A DNA stretch of 64,000 nucleotides from Candidatus Helarchaeota archaeon (GTDB taxonomy: Archaea > Asgardarchaeota > Lokiarchaeia > Helarchaeales > RDOG01), in assembly GCA_019058315.1 (NCBI GenBank), contig JAHPZH010000001.1:96001-160000 (forward strand), in the 5' to 3' direction. A program made the position numbers and the translations under genes. The notes below the pieces were generated by a model, which saw only the letters and a program-made list of their open reading frames with translations, was not told the origin of the DNA and did not search any database. Of the stretch, positions 37,261 to 47,155 are shown piece by piece (positions within the stretch are counted from its first letter, which is position 1; every line of letters starts with the position of its first letter).

Positions 37261-38019
37261 ATGAGCTTTGAAAAAAATATTGAGCTCGCAGCTAAATGGA
37301 TAGCAAAATCCAAACACTTTGTTGCATTTACTGGTGCTGGAATTAGTACAGAATCGGGATTGCCAGACTTTAGAGGACCTGATGGTGTCTGGACCAGAAG
37401 AGATAAGGGGCTACCACCACCAAAAACTACAAAACCTTGGCATATGGTGGAACCTAACAGCGGCCATCTAGCACTTGTAGAGCTCCAAAATATGGGCATT
37501 TTAAAGTTCTTGATTTCCCAAAATGTAGATAACTTGCACATAAAATCCGGAATTAAACCTGATTTAATTGCAGAATTACATGGAAATACCACATTAATGG
37601 TTTGTTTAGAATGTGGAAAAAAGGATACTCTTGAAGCCTTTGGCTGGGATAAAAAAATTTGGGGTTCGGGATATAGAACTTCTCCAACCAGTCCTGGACA
37701 ACCTAAATGCAATGTCTGTAAAGGAAGAATAATCTCAAGTATTGTAAACTTTGGTGATTCGTTACCTGAAAAAGATTTGACCCTTGGATTCTATCATGCC
37801 AAGCAATCCGATGTTTTTTTCGTTATCGGAAGTAGTTTAGTCGTTACACCTGCAGCTAACATGCCACAAGTTGCATTACAATCTGGAGCAAAATTAATAT
37901 TGCTAAATAAGGGAGAAACACCATTTGATAATGCTGCACATATTAGGTTCTGGGAAAAAATAGGTGATGTTCTGCCAGAGATTGTAAAAAAAGTGAAAAA
38001 AATAAAAGAAACTAATTAA
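37261..38019 (+). CDS. cobB: Sir2/CobB NAD-dependent deacylase
   Basis: GAGISTESGLPDFRG, SQNVDNLH, ELHG, two CxxC motifs, GSSLVVTPAA. Confidence 0.92.
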   Translation: MSFEKNIELAAKWIAKSKHFVAFTGAGISTESGLPDFRGPDGVWTRRDKGLPPPKTTKPWHMVEPNSGHLALVELQNMGILKFLISQNVDNLHIKSGIKPDLIAELHGNTTLMVCLECGKKDTLEAFGWDKKIWGSGYRTSPTSPGQPKCNVCKGRIISSIVNFGDSLPEKDLTLGFYHAKQSDVFFVIGSSLVVTPAANMPQVALQSGAKLILLNKGETPFDNAAHIRFWEKIGDVLPEIVKKVKKIKETN

Positions 38020-38109
38020 ATTTCTTGATTAAAATATTTAATTTTCGTCTAATTTAATTGATTACAATTAAAATAAAAAAAAAAATAGTTTTTAAAATTT
38101 ATTAAAGAA

Positions 38110-39723
38110 CTATATCAACTCTGAAAGCATCTGAATTAAAAGACTTATGTCATTTTGGACATTCTCAATTCTATTCTGTAAATCATTAGCCACATCATCA
38201 TCGATAGATCCAAGCTTATCAGCAATTTTTATAATTTTACTAAGAATGTTCAGTCTTATCTTTATTAAATATACATTTATTTTTGCTTTGAGGATTTTAT
38301 CATTTAGATATGCATCTATTGCGTCATTAATATTGTCTAATGCTTTGTCAGTTAATTTATTTAAAATACATTTTACACATCCTTGGGTTTCGGTCTCGAT
38401 GATTTCGTCTATATCCGTTAGTTGTTGTAATATATCGTTCATCAGCTCTAATATTGGGTCTGGAACTTCTAATTGGCAGTATTTATAATAAAGTCCATAT
38501 GTTCCGTCCCGATTATCCACCCAAATAATATAAATCCTATTATTATATGTTGCGACGACCGCTGGCCATGCTGAAACACCCGTGGCGTTAGTAAGTTGAA
38601 TTCTTTCACTCCAACCATTTTGATCCTTAACTTTATAGTATATTTCAGCATCTCCTGTTATTGCATCAGAATAAGCTAGATGTACCTTATTATCAGGACC
38701 AACTGCAATGTTTCGGTAAAGGGGAGCATAACCATAAGGACCCCAATCTACTATATCAATGAGTTCTATTTCGCTCCAAATATCATTTTCTATATCATAG
38801 GATCTATAATTAAGATCAGTTGAACCTCCTGAAGAATTATACCATTCAATATGAACTATGTTATCCGATCCTATTGCCATAGCTGCTTCAGGCCTATGTG
38901 CTTGAATTGTTACTGGAAATTCATCAGACCATTCTATACCATCATATGAAATATGATATAATGTCTCAAGCGAACCTAACCGCCCATCAGTATACACTAT
39001 ATGAAGATTTCCTATCTGATCTATTTCAAATTCGTAAATACAAGAATCTCCAGAACCATTAGTTACCCGATAATCTTGACTCCAAGTAGTCCCATCAAAA
39101 AATTTGTAATATACTTCTGAATCTTCATTTTGAGGATCGTCTCTTTTATCTGGCCAAACCACATGAATTCTATTATCAATTCCAATTTCAATATATGGAT
39201 ACCATTCTCCGGCTGAAGAATTAGTAATTTGTTCCACTCCGCTCCAGATATTCCCATCGAAAGAATTATAATAGACATTACTACTTTCCCCTACAGCTTC
39301 CATCCAAACAATATGTACTTTATCATCAGGTCCAATAGCTATTGCGGAGTAGACAGAAATATCCGAACTATTAGAGACTTGATAATAGTTAGTCCAAGAA
39401 TTTCCGTTAAAACAAGCATAATAGATTTCATAATTTCCAATTTTATCATCATTCCAAACAACATGTATATTATTATTAGAATCAACTGCAGCATAATGAT
39501 AAGGATGAGATGCTGATAAATTAATAAATTTAGTATCTTCGCTCCAAGAATTAGATGCCATCGAAATTTCTGAATCAGGATTGGGTATATTAGAATTTTG
39601 GTTTATGTTTGTGGATAATATGTCTAAAAGAAGTACTTGACTATTATTTGAGTTAATAAAACTCAGTCCAACAGTTCCTAAGAGCAATATAGTAAAAACT
39701 ATTCCAAATATCGTTTTTTTCAT
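38110..39723 (-). CDS. secreted 7-repeat beta-propeller protein with C-terminal helical domain
   Basis: Signal peptide and seven 'G.D..IH.VW.D.....IYY..FDG..WS' repeats. Confidence 0.75.
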   Translation of the reverse strand: MKKTIFGIVFTILLLGTVGLSFINSNNSQVLLLDILSTNINQNSNIPNPDSEISMASNSWSEDTKFINLSASHPYHYAAVDSNNNIHVVWNDDKIGNYEIYYACFNGNSWTNYYQVSNSSDISVYSAIAIGPDDKVHIVWMEAVGESSNVYYNSFDGNIWSGVEQITNSSAGEWYPYIEIGIDNRIHVVWPDKRDDPQNEDSEVYYKFFDGTTWSQDYRVTNGSGDSCIYEFEIDQIGNLHIVYTDGRLGSLETLYHISYDGIEWSDEFPVTIQAHRPEAAMAIGSDNIVHIEWYNSSGGSTDLNYRSYDIENDIWSEIELIDIVDWGPYGYAPLYRNIAVGPDNKVHLAYSDAITGDAEIYYKVKDQNGWSERIQLTNATGVSAWPAVVATYNNRIYIIWVDNRDGTYGLYYKYCQLEVPDPILELMNDILQQLTDIDEIIETETQGCVKCILNKLTDKALDNINDAIDAYLNDKILKAKINVYLIKIRLNILSKIIKIADKLGSIDDDVANDLQNRIENVQNDISLLIQMLSELI

Positions 39724-40014
39724 TTTTATCCCATCATTATTAATTTATTGAATCCTCTAATTTTAGAGTGAATATTAATTTTTTTCGCAATATAAAAAGA
39801 TTTCTTTATGAATCTTACTAAAAATAAATAATTAACTTGTGATTTATCAAATATAAAACATTAAAAATTGCGAAATTTATGAAATATTAAATTATAAAGC
39901 CAATATCTTTTATCTCATTGATTTATATTATAGAAGTTGAACCGTCTCAATGATACATAATAATTATAAATTTATTTATAAGAACAGATGAAAGTTGTAA
40001 TTTAGGGTAGACTA

Positions 40015-41154
40015 ATGAATAGGATTAAAATTAAAAACAAAAAACTGGACGAATTTGATTTTCCTTTTATGGGATACACTGGATATACTATAACCAAATT
40101 CTTTGATAACTTTAAACACCTCTCATTTCTACTTGATAAATTAGAAACATCTACAATGCGTAGAGATATGGTAAAAATAAGAGTTGACCGACCAATTTAT
40201 ATTACTGGACTTGCTCGAGCTGGAACAACAATTGTTTTAGAGATGTTAAGCAAACATCCTGATTTAGCTACGCATCGATATAAACATATGCTCATGCCAT
40301 ATCTCCCGCATTGGGTAAGTCAGCTTGCGAAAAGAACTAACATTTACTCAGAACCTTTTGAGCGTTACCATAAGGATGGAATATTTGTTACAAGAGAAAG
40401 TCCTGAGGCTGTAGAGGAAATATTGTGGCAAAAATTTTTTAATAGAGTCTTTAGCGAAAATACTTCAAATATATTTGATATGAAAGTTTCTAATCCAAAA
40501 TTTGAGAAATTTTACCGAAATCACATTCTGAAGCTTATATTAAATCAAAAAAGTTCTCGTTATCTAGCAAAAAATAATTATAACGTTACAAGAATGGAAT
40601 ATCTACTCCGGATTTTTCCAAGCTCTAAATTCTTACTAATTATTCGAAATCCCGTAAATCATATAGCTTCGCTTATTAAACAAACAAGATTATTTTTAGG
40701 AATAGAAATAAAAAAACCACTTTTTAACGAATGGTTAAGAATGATTGGGCATCGTGAATTTGGTCATAATAGTATTTGTATTAATGTAGGTAACACTGAA
40801 CTTATTCATAAAATTCGTAAATTGTGGAAAAATAATAAAACATATGTTAAGGGTTGGGCATATTATTGGGCTTCTATATACAATTATGTTGCTGATCGGC
40901 TTGAGAAGAATAAAAAGCTTAAAAGTGCAACCTTAATGGTGAGATATGAAGATTTATGTAAAACTCCTGCGAAAATAATAGATAAAATACTTACACATAC
41001 AGAGTTACCATTAAGAAAGTTCGAGAAAGTTAAGGATTATTATGTTAGAAATCTACATGAACCTACTTATTACGTTCCAAATTTTTCCGATCAAGAATTA
41101 GAAGACATTATTGAAGTAACTAGTTCAACAACTAAACGCTTTGGTTATGATTAG
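40015..41154 (+). CDS. sulfotransferase family protein
   Basis: PIYITGLARAGTT PAPS loop, IIRNP...IAS, VRYEDL. Confidence 0.85.
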   Translation: MNRIKIKNKKLDEFDFPFMGYTGYTITKFFDNFKHLSFLLDKLETSTMRRDMVKIRVDRPIYITGLARAGTTIVLEMLSKHPDLATHRYKHMLMPYLPHWVSQLAKRTNIYSEPFERYHKDGIFVTRESPEAVEEILWQKFFNRVFSENTSNIFDMKVSNPKFEKFYRNHILKLILNQKSSRYLAKNNYNVTRMEYLLRIFPSSKFLLIIRNPVNHIASLIKQTRLFLGIEIKKPLFNEWLRMIGHREFGHNSICINVGNTELIHKIRKLWKNNKTYVKGWAYYWASIYNYVADRLEKNKKLKSATLMVRYEDLCKTPAKIIDKILTHTELPLRKFEKVKDYYVRNLHEPTYYVPNFSDQELEDIIEVTSSTTKRFGYD

Positions 41155-41159
41155 ATAAT

Positions 41160-41591
41160 TTAAAGAAATTTACTAAAAAATACCTCTCCTATATCTCCTT
41201 CATTTATACCTGTAATATATCCACATTCTTTAAATCCAACCTTTCTATGCCATGCTTGGGGCTCGGGTTCATTTACTTGCGAAGAACTATATAGTACCTT
41301 ATGCCCATTTTTAATCAAATAATCTTCTAAAAAATGTATCATTGCAGTTCCTATTCCTTGTTTCCGGTACCCATCGACAACAAAAATAAGACCTATATAT
41401 GGTATTATCAACCAAAGATACTCAATTCGTAAATAACCTACTGGTTTTCCATCGAACTCAGCAAGAATTATCATCTTATCTTCAATATGCCTTTTAATTA
41501 AAGCTTTTTTAACATGTTTATAGTCCATCTTAATACAAAAATCAAAATCATTGGATTCGGCAAATCTTATTTTTATTTTTTGATTCATCAT
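41160..41591 (-). CDS. GNAT acetyltransferase
   Basis: V..GYRKQGIGT motif A, W.RKVGF. Confidence 0.88.
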   Translation of the reverse strand: MMNQKIKIRFAESNDFDFCIKMDYKHVKKALIKRHIEDKMIILAEFDGKPVGYLRIEYLWLIIPYIGLIFVVDGYRKQGIGTAMIHFLEDYLIKNGHKVLYSSSQVNEPEPQAWHRKVGFKECGYITGINEGDIGEVFFSKFL

Positions 41592-41671
41592 TTATCCCCA
41601 ATTATTAGAATTTTTATCCAATTAATTAAAAAAAGAAAGGATATTTTTTTGTTTATTTTCTAGTTAATTCC

Positions 41672-43417
41672 CTAGTTTTCATTTTCTACTCGTTTTTTAA
41701 ATTTGCGTAATAATTGAGTAAATCTAAGGGGTTTTCCTTGATAATTAAGCTCGGCAAGTGCTTGATCTTGGTAAGCATTAAATATTTTAGTAGATAATAT
41801 TTCCCAATCTCGACATATGGCAAGAGTTTGTTCATCATTTTTCAATAGAGTCTCATGTGACATGATACGATGAAATTCTGCAGCGAGTGGTTCAACTAGG
41901 TCTGGGTCCATTCCTTCAAGAATATCTCTAACGAATTCTTCAGCAGGATACCAATTTTTAACCCTTTGAAAATCGCGATGTATTTGGGTTAAAAGAACAT
42001 TACGAGGACCTTCCCACAATTCATTTATCATAGCATCTCGTTGGAAACGCGGTAAAGATAAAAAATCCTCCATTATACCGTGTCCACCGAAAAAAGATAT
42101 AGCTAATCTTATCATTTCAGGTGCTTCATAAGCTACAACAATTTTTTGTAACATGATTATTTCGCGTAATCGGTACCGTCGTCTTCTTTCAACGAGATCT
42201 TCAATCTCTTGTAAGTTCTTTAAACCAGCGGTAAGCTGTTCATCAAAATGAAGGAATTCTTTATAGATTTTAAAAGCGGCAGCCGCAGTTCTTTTTACTC
42301 CATGGTCTAATCTATTAATTTGATTTATCATAAGTGGAAACAAAGAAGTTGGTATTCCAAATGCCTCTCTAAATTGAGCATATAAATTAGCTTCTCTTGC
42401 AGCACGCAGACCCCCACCAGCTGCTTGGAATCCGACATGAACTCTAGACATTGAAAGCACAATACCGACAATATTAGCAAGTCCCTTTTCTAATGGACCG
42501 ATAGGATAAGCGACAGCTCCGTTATAAGTAATTTCAGCAGTGGGAAGTTCGGCAGTTCCGAGCTTTTGTTTGAGTCTATCTATTGTATATGAATTTCTAA
42601 TTTCACGCTCTTTATTACCTGGAAGCCAAGCAGGTACTGCAAAAACTGCAATTCTTGTTGATGATGGAGTCCCCTTTGGTTTTGCACTTACAATGGCATA
42701 ATCCGCTTGAGTTGCAGAGCAGAAAAATTTTTTGCCATAAATTCTCCAGCAGTTAGAAATACCATCGGGACCTTCAGCTTCTTCAAAGACTGCCTCAACT
42801 AGATTTGAGGGAACATCGCTTCCACCTTGAATTTCGGTAATAAATTGTGAACCGAGAGCGTATTCACGTTCTCCATTATTTATTATTCCATCCCTCATAT
42901 GGGCGAGAATTTTTTTTGCCTCATCTTTTAGTGTATCCTCGTATTTTTCCATAAGCCTGATCATACCATGAGTGCATGCTATTGGACACATCACTCCTGC
43001 CTCGCCATTTTGGGCAAGTAAAAATATTTTGACAAACCTACTCCAAGGGGAATTTTTTTTCGGATCAAAAATACCAAGGTTAAAAATTTCACGTTCTAGA
43101 ATTTCGGTTTCCATACAACGCTTTAAGCGATCAACTCGATGATTATGAGCATCATAATGTTGGATTAGAGTACATTTTATTCGATTTTCAAGTTTATTAG
43201 CCTCTTCTGCAAGGTATTTAAATTTAAAAGATACTTTTTGTGATAGTTCACGAAGTTCACGATCAATTTTCTCGAATTCATTTCCAGTATACTTTTTAAC
43301 TAGAAACTGAAAAAAATCATCATCTTCATAGCAGTTAAAATTATCTCTAACAAATAAATAATCATCAAATGAATATTTATTATTCCTGTCACCTTCTTTA
43401 GCCATTTGGGCACACAT
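41672..43417 (-). CDS. acyl-CoA dehydrogenase, AidB-like
   Basis: CPIACT, TEIQGGSDV, KFFCS, RLKQKLGT, GGHG..E, WEGPRNV. Confidence 0.88.
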   Translation of the reverse strand: MCAQMAKEGDRNNKYSFDDYLFVRDNFNCYEDDDFFQFLVKKYTGNEFEKIDRELRELSQKVSFKFKYLAEEANKLENRIKCTLIQHYDAHNHRVDRLKRCMETEILEREIFNLGIFDPKKNSPWSRFVKIFLLAQNGEAGVMCPIACTHGMIRLMEKYEDTLKDEAKKILAHMRDGIINNGEREYALGSQFITEIQGGSDVPSNLVEAVFEEAEGPDGISNCWRIYGKKFFCSATQADYAIVSAKPKGTPSSTRIAVFAVPAWLPGNKEREIRNSYTIDRLKQKLGTAELPTAEITYNGAVAYPIGPLEKGLANIVGIVLSMSRVHVGFQAAGGGLRAAREANLYAQFREAFGIPTSLFPLMINQINRLDHGVKRTAAAAFKIYKEFLHFDEQLTAGLKNLQEIEDLVERRRRYRLREIIMLQKIVVAYEAPEMIRLAISFFGGHGIMEDFLSLPRFQRDAMINELWEGPRNVLLTQIHRDFQRVKNWYPAEEFVRDILEGMDPDLVEPLAAEFHRIMSHETLLKNDEQTLAICRDWEILSTKIFNAYQDQALAELNYQGKPLRFTQLLRKFKKRVENEN

Positions 43418-43602
43418 TCTTAATATTCTCCTTATTTTTTAATAATTTATTAATAAAAGATTTTCTAATTATTATTTGTATAAATTATTTTATTATTCTT
43501 TATGTTAAAAATCGATATTGTTATTCCTATTCAAATTCAAAATTTTTATAAATTATTTTTTTTACTTCTTTTTAAGTAAATAATAATTGGAGAAGAAAAA
43601 AT

Positions 43603-44241
43603 ATGGAATGGAATCCCTTAAAATGGCCTATGAGTTGTCTTGCTGGCATTTTGATGATTGTATTTTTTTTCATATTCATTCCTACTGCAGTATTACTATT
43701 TCCAAGTTTCAATATCAATCTTGGACCTGTTCACTATTGGATTATGGGTCCTTATAGTATTATAGATAATTATTTGAGTGATTTAGGAAACTATATCTTC
43801 AATCCTAAAGGAGCAGACTTCTTTAATTATGGCTTAATAATTATTGGAATTGCTATGATACCATTTTTTCTTGGAATTTCGCAATTCTGGGAGGAAAATC
43901 CCCACACAGAGATCTTAAAAATAACAAGACTACTTGGATTTGCAGCAGCATTTGCTTTGATTATGATAGGAGTTTTCTCAGAGAACGCCCCTGAGCCATT
44001 ACATGAACTTTGGTCGATGATATTTTTCTTATTAATTCTTATTCTAATGGGTCTCGCAAGTTATGCACTAATCGATGACGACAATTTTATGAAAATTACT
44101 AGTTATTATGGTTTTGGAGCAATTATATTCAATATCATCTTTTTAACGACAGGATCACCCTTCTTGGAATGGATAACGGTTTTTTCGGCATTAGGCTTTG
44201 TTGCTATGTTAATATATGATGTATTTAAAACGGAATCTTAA
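43603..44241 (+). CDS. DUF998-like membrane protein
   Basis: About five TM segments, YLSDLG..FN, IGVFSE....LH, LEW. Confidence 0.7.
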   Translation: MEWNPLKWPMSCLAGILMIVFFFIFIPTAVLLFPSFNINLGPVHYWIMGPYSIIDNYLSDLGNYIFNPKGADFFNYGLIIIGIAMIPFFLGISQFWEENPHTEILKITRLLGFAAAFALIMIGVFSENAPEPLHELWSMIFFLLILILMGLASYALIDDDNFMKITSYYGFGAIIFNIIFLTTGSPFLEWITVFSALGFVAMLIYDVFKTES

Positions 44242-44379
44242 GAGATTAGAACTAAATCTAATTTCACCTTTTATTTTTTAAAAAATTCTCCTTTTGAATT
44301 TATCAGTTCCATTAAATTAAAATTTTATAAAGAAAATTAATTTTATAAAAAAAATAATAGTAGATTAAAGTGATTTATT

Positions 44380-44622
44380 ATGGGATGACCATGTCCTCCA
44401 CTTCCTGACCCTTCTGAATCCCCAGATATATACTATGCGGTTCTATGGGTGTTAATGGATCGGAGGAATCAAATTGACCCAGTTCAACTAGGGATCATTG
44501 CTGGAATTATTTGCTTGGCTGTTCTTGCTGTCATCCTTGCTTGGGAAATAAAAAAGTCAAGTTCCAAGGCAAAAGGAAAAGGGATGAAAGCAAACAGTAA
44601 AATAAATAATTCAGAGAAATAA
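44380..44622 (+). CDS. small single-TM protein with in-frame UGA at codon 3 (M-G-U-P-C; selenoprotein candidate) or 55-aa ORF from ATG 44455
   Basis: GTGA SD, then ATG GGA TGA CCA TGT and an open frame to TAA 44622. TM segment LGIIAGIICLAVLAVILAW followed by a K-rich tail. Not in the ORF track. Confidence 0.45.
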
Positions 44623-44678
44623 TTAATTTAGGCTACTCTATATTTTAAAATAAAAAGTTTGAAAACAATAAAAATTAA

Positions 44679-45860
44679 TTAAGATTTCTTCTCTTCGAAT
44701 TCTCTTTCTTGTTTCAATACTTTTTCTTTCATATTTGCTACTTTTTCGTATTTTTCTTTAAATTTTTCTTCTTTTTCCCTCATTTCTACAGTGTATTTGA
44801 CATAATCCTGTTTCTTTTGTATGATACTCTGATATCTTTTTTCTAATTCTTTTTCTTTTGTCTGTATCTCTCTTTGTTTATTTTTTAATTCCGTAATTTT
44901 GGCTTTTATATCTAATAATTTTTTATCATAATCTTCACTTTCTTCGATGACTTTTTTATATTTACCGTTAATTTCTGCAAGACTTTGTTCAACTGCTTTA
45001 AGCTTATTAAGCGCAACATTAAGATTCCGTAATTCCGATTCTTTCTTTTGAATATCCTTGTAATTATTATCAATATCTTTTTTTACCTTAGCAATTTCTT
45101 GATTTTTATCCTTTATTTCTTTTTCTTTTAATTTTAATTTTTCTTCAACATTCTCAAATTCTTCTGATTTCTTCTTCAGTTCATTGTATTTCGCATTAAT
45201 TTGTTCTAATTCAGTTCTAATGGTTCCTAATTTTCGATTTAACTCTTCTTCCTTAGCATCTATTACTTTATGTTGTTGACCAATTTCAGCTTCTAATTTT
45301 TGGTTAGACTTTGATTTAGTTTCTATCTCTTTTTTGAGTTGTTCTATTGTATTTTGTTTTTTCTTAAGTTCCTGTAATTTAGTTTCATAATTTTGTTCAA
45401 ATGATCTAAATTTCTGTAGTTTTTGGTTTTGGTTCTGCAATTCAGCTCTAGTTTCGGCAAATTCTTTTTCAACTCTTTGTTCTTCTTTGTTTAATTCTTC
45501 TTGTGTTTTTTTGAATTCGTCTTCTTTTGCCTGAACTTCAGCTTGCTTATTTATAATTTCTTCTTTTAAATTCATTAAGTTTTGTAATTTTTGGCTCATT
45601 TTTTGTTTTTTAATTTCATTTTCTTTCATTAAATTCTTTACATTTTCATATTTTTGTCTAAGCTCCAGTTCTCTTGCAGATAAACTTTCTTTGCGCGTTT
45701 CAATATCTTGTATATTTTGATCAAACTCTATGGCAGCACTTTTTACTTTCGCCATTAATCTTTCTAGTTTTAATTCCCTCTCCTTAAGCTCTTGCTCCTT
45801 TTTCTCAAGCTCAAGACGTTTTGATTCTAATTTCTCTTCATCCATACAATTACTTTCCAT
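44679..45860 (-). CDS. long coiled-coil protein
   Basis: About 390 aa of uninterrupted E/K/Q-rich heptads, no Pro, no globular motif. Confidence 0.75.
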   Translation of the reverse strand: MESNCMDEEKLESKRLELEKKEQELKERELKLERLMAKVKSAAIEFDQNIQDIETRKESLSARELELRQKYENVKNLMKENEIKKQKMSQKLQNLMNLKEEIINKQAEVQAKEDEFKKTQEELNKEEQRVEKEFAETRAELQNQNQKLQKFRSFEQNYETKLQELKKKQNTIEQLKKEIETKSKSNQKLEAEIGQQHKVIDAKEEELNRKLGTIRTELEQINAKYNELKKKSEEFENVEEKLKLKEKEIKDKNQEIAKVKKDIDNNYKDIQKKESELRNLNVALNKLKAVEQSLAEINGKYKKVIEESEDYDKKLLDIKAKITELKNKQREIQTKEKELEKRYQSIIQKKQDYVKYTVEMREKEEKFKEKYEKVANMKEKVLKQEREFEEKKS

Positions 45861-46045
45861 TATTAAACCATTATTAAATTAATAATAAATTATTAATATT
45901 AACAACTATTTTGAGTTTCGATTTTTCTATAAAGCATTCTTTAAAATGAATTCAAGAATTATTCAAATAATAAAAAATAAAGGATATTTCTAAAAAAAAG
46001 AAGGATAAAATTTAAGTAAAATTCTGTTAATTTTACATCTTTCAG

Positions 46046-47014
46046 TTAATTTATTTTATTTTTTCTTCTTTCAATTATTTTTTTTGCTATGTAATTAAAT
46101 ACATCTCTGACATTTTCCCCAGTTTTTGCTGAAGTTTCAAAGAATTCGTATCCAAGCTCATTTGCTTTTTTCTTCCCGTTTTCCAAAGAAACATTTCTTT
46201 GGTTTTTTAGATCGCTTTTATTTCCAACTAATAAAAATAATCCATCATTTTTTGCATAAGGTCTTATTTCTTCTATCCAGCGATCAATCTCTATAAAACT
46301 ACTTGGATCTGAAATATCATACATAAGTATAAAAGATTCGGTATTTGGATAATAATTTCTTCTAAGTTGTTTGAAAGTTTTTTGGCCAGAGACATCCCAA
46401 GCGGTGAATGAACAATGTGTATTCGTGTTACAATCATAAGTATGTTTCTTTATATCAACACCTAAAGTTGGAATATATTCCACTGCAAATTCACCATCGG
46501 AAAATTTATTTAATAATGAGGTCTTACCTACTCCAGGTTCTCCTGCTATTATGATTTTATAAAGAACTTTCCTTTTTGCTTTGGTTTCTGGTTTGGTTTT
46601 ATCTATTGATGAATATTTCTTAAAAGTACTCAAATTCTCAAAATCAAATTCCGTCTCTAATATGTTTGAGAAATTAACAAACCTATTGATCTTTCCATCC
46701 CATCCATCAAGGTTGCCGAATTCTTCTAAGAATCTGTTTCCAATAGAATTCATAATATCTTTCATCATAACAATTTCATCTGTTCGGTCACAACCAAGAA
46801 CAACAAAAATAGTACCAAAATTCATATAAACAAATTTTGCATCTTTCAGAACCAGACTATCAATTGCTCCTTTTCCACTGGCTTTAGCAAAATTATCAAT
46901 AGCAATGAAAAATCCTGAAAGTAAATCTTGACTTATTCGGGATTTAACTTCGCCGAAATCTTTATAATATAAATTTTCGCCACTATTTCTAATTATCCAG
47001 ATGTTGTGGATCAT
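46046..47014 (-). CDS. longin domain-Rab-like small GTPase fusion
   Basis: N-terminal longin-like domain (IWII..SG..L, LLSGFF.A...FA, WDG); G1 GEPGVGKTS, G2 PTLGVD, G3 WDVSGQ, G4 NKSD, G5 ETSAK. Confidence 0.88.
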   Translation of the reverse strand: MIHNIWIIRNSGENLYYKDFGEVKSRISQDLLSGFFIAIDNFAKASGKGAIDSLVLKDAKFVYMNFGTIFVVLGCDRTDEIVMMKDIMNSIGNRFLEEFGNLDGWDGKINRFVNFSNILETEFDFENLSTFKKYSSIDKTKPETKAKRKVLYKIIIAGEPGVGKTSLLNKFSDGEFAVEYIPTLGVDIKKHTYDCNTNTHCSFTAWDVSGQKTFKQLRRNYYPNTESFILMYDISDPSSFIEIDRWIEEIRPYAKNDGLFLLVGNKSDLKNQRNVSLENGKKKANELGYEFFETSAKTGENVRDVFNYIAKKIIERRKNKIN

Positions 47015-47155
47015 AAAAAAATCCACTCCTCGTAATTTTATGAATCATAGAAATATATAATATTTGGATTATATATATTCTATTGCTTTACTTCAAAATG
47101 TCTTAAAAAAGGAGTTTTTTAAGGATAAAAGCAATTATTCCCCTGTTTATTATTA

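Noticed and set aside
32696-37712. Long antisense ORFs (e.g. 32696..33217, 36781..37158, 37188..37712) and the other short overlapping ORFs in the track
   Set aside because: They are shadows of well-supported genes on the other strand or frame and carry no motifs.
44584-44678. SECIS element from ATGA...AAA...GA near the end of the UGA ORF
   Set aside because: The intervening arms do not base-pair, so there is no credible hairpin by eye.
44679-45860. SMC/Rad50 ATPase
   Set aside because: No Walker motifs, hinge or zinc hook.
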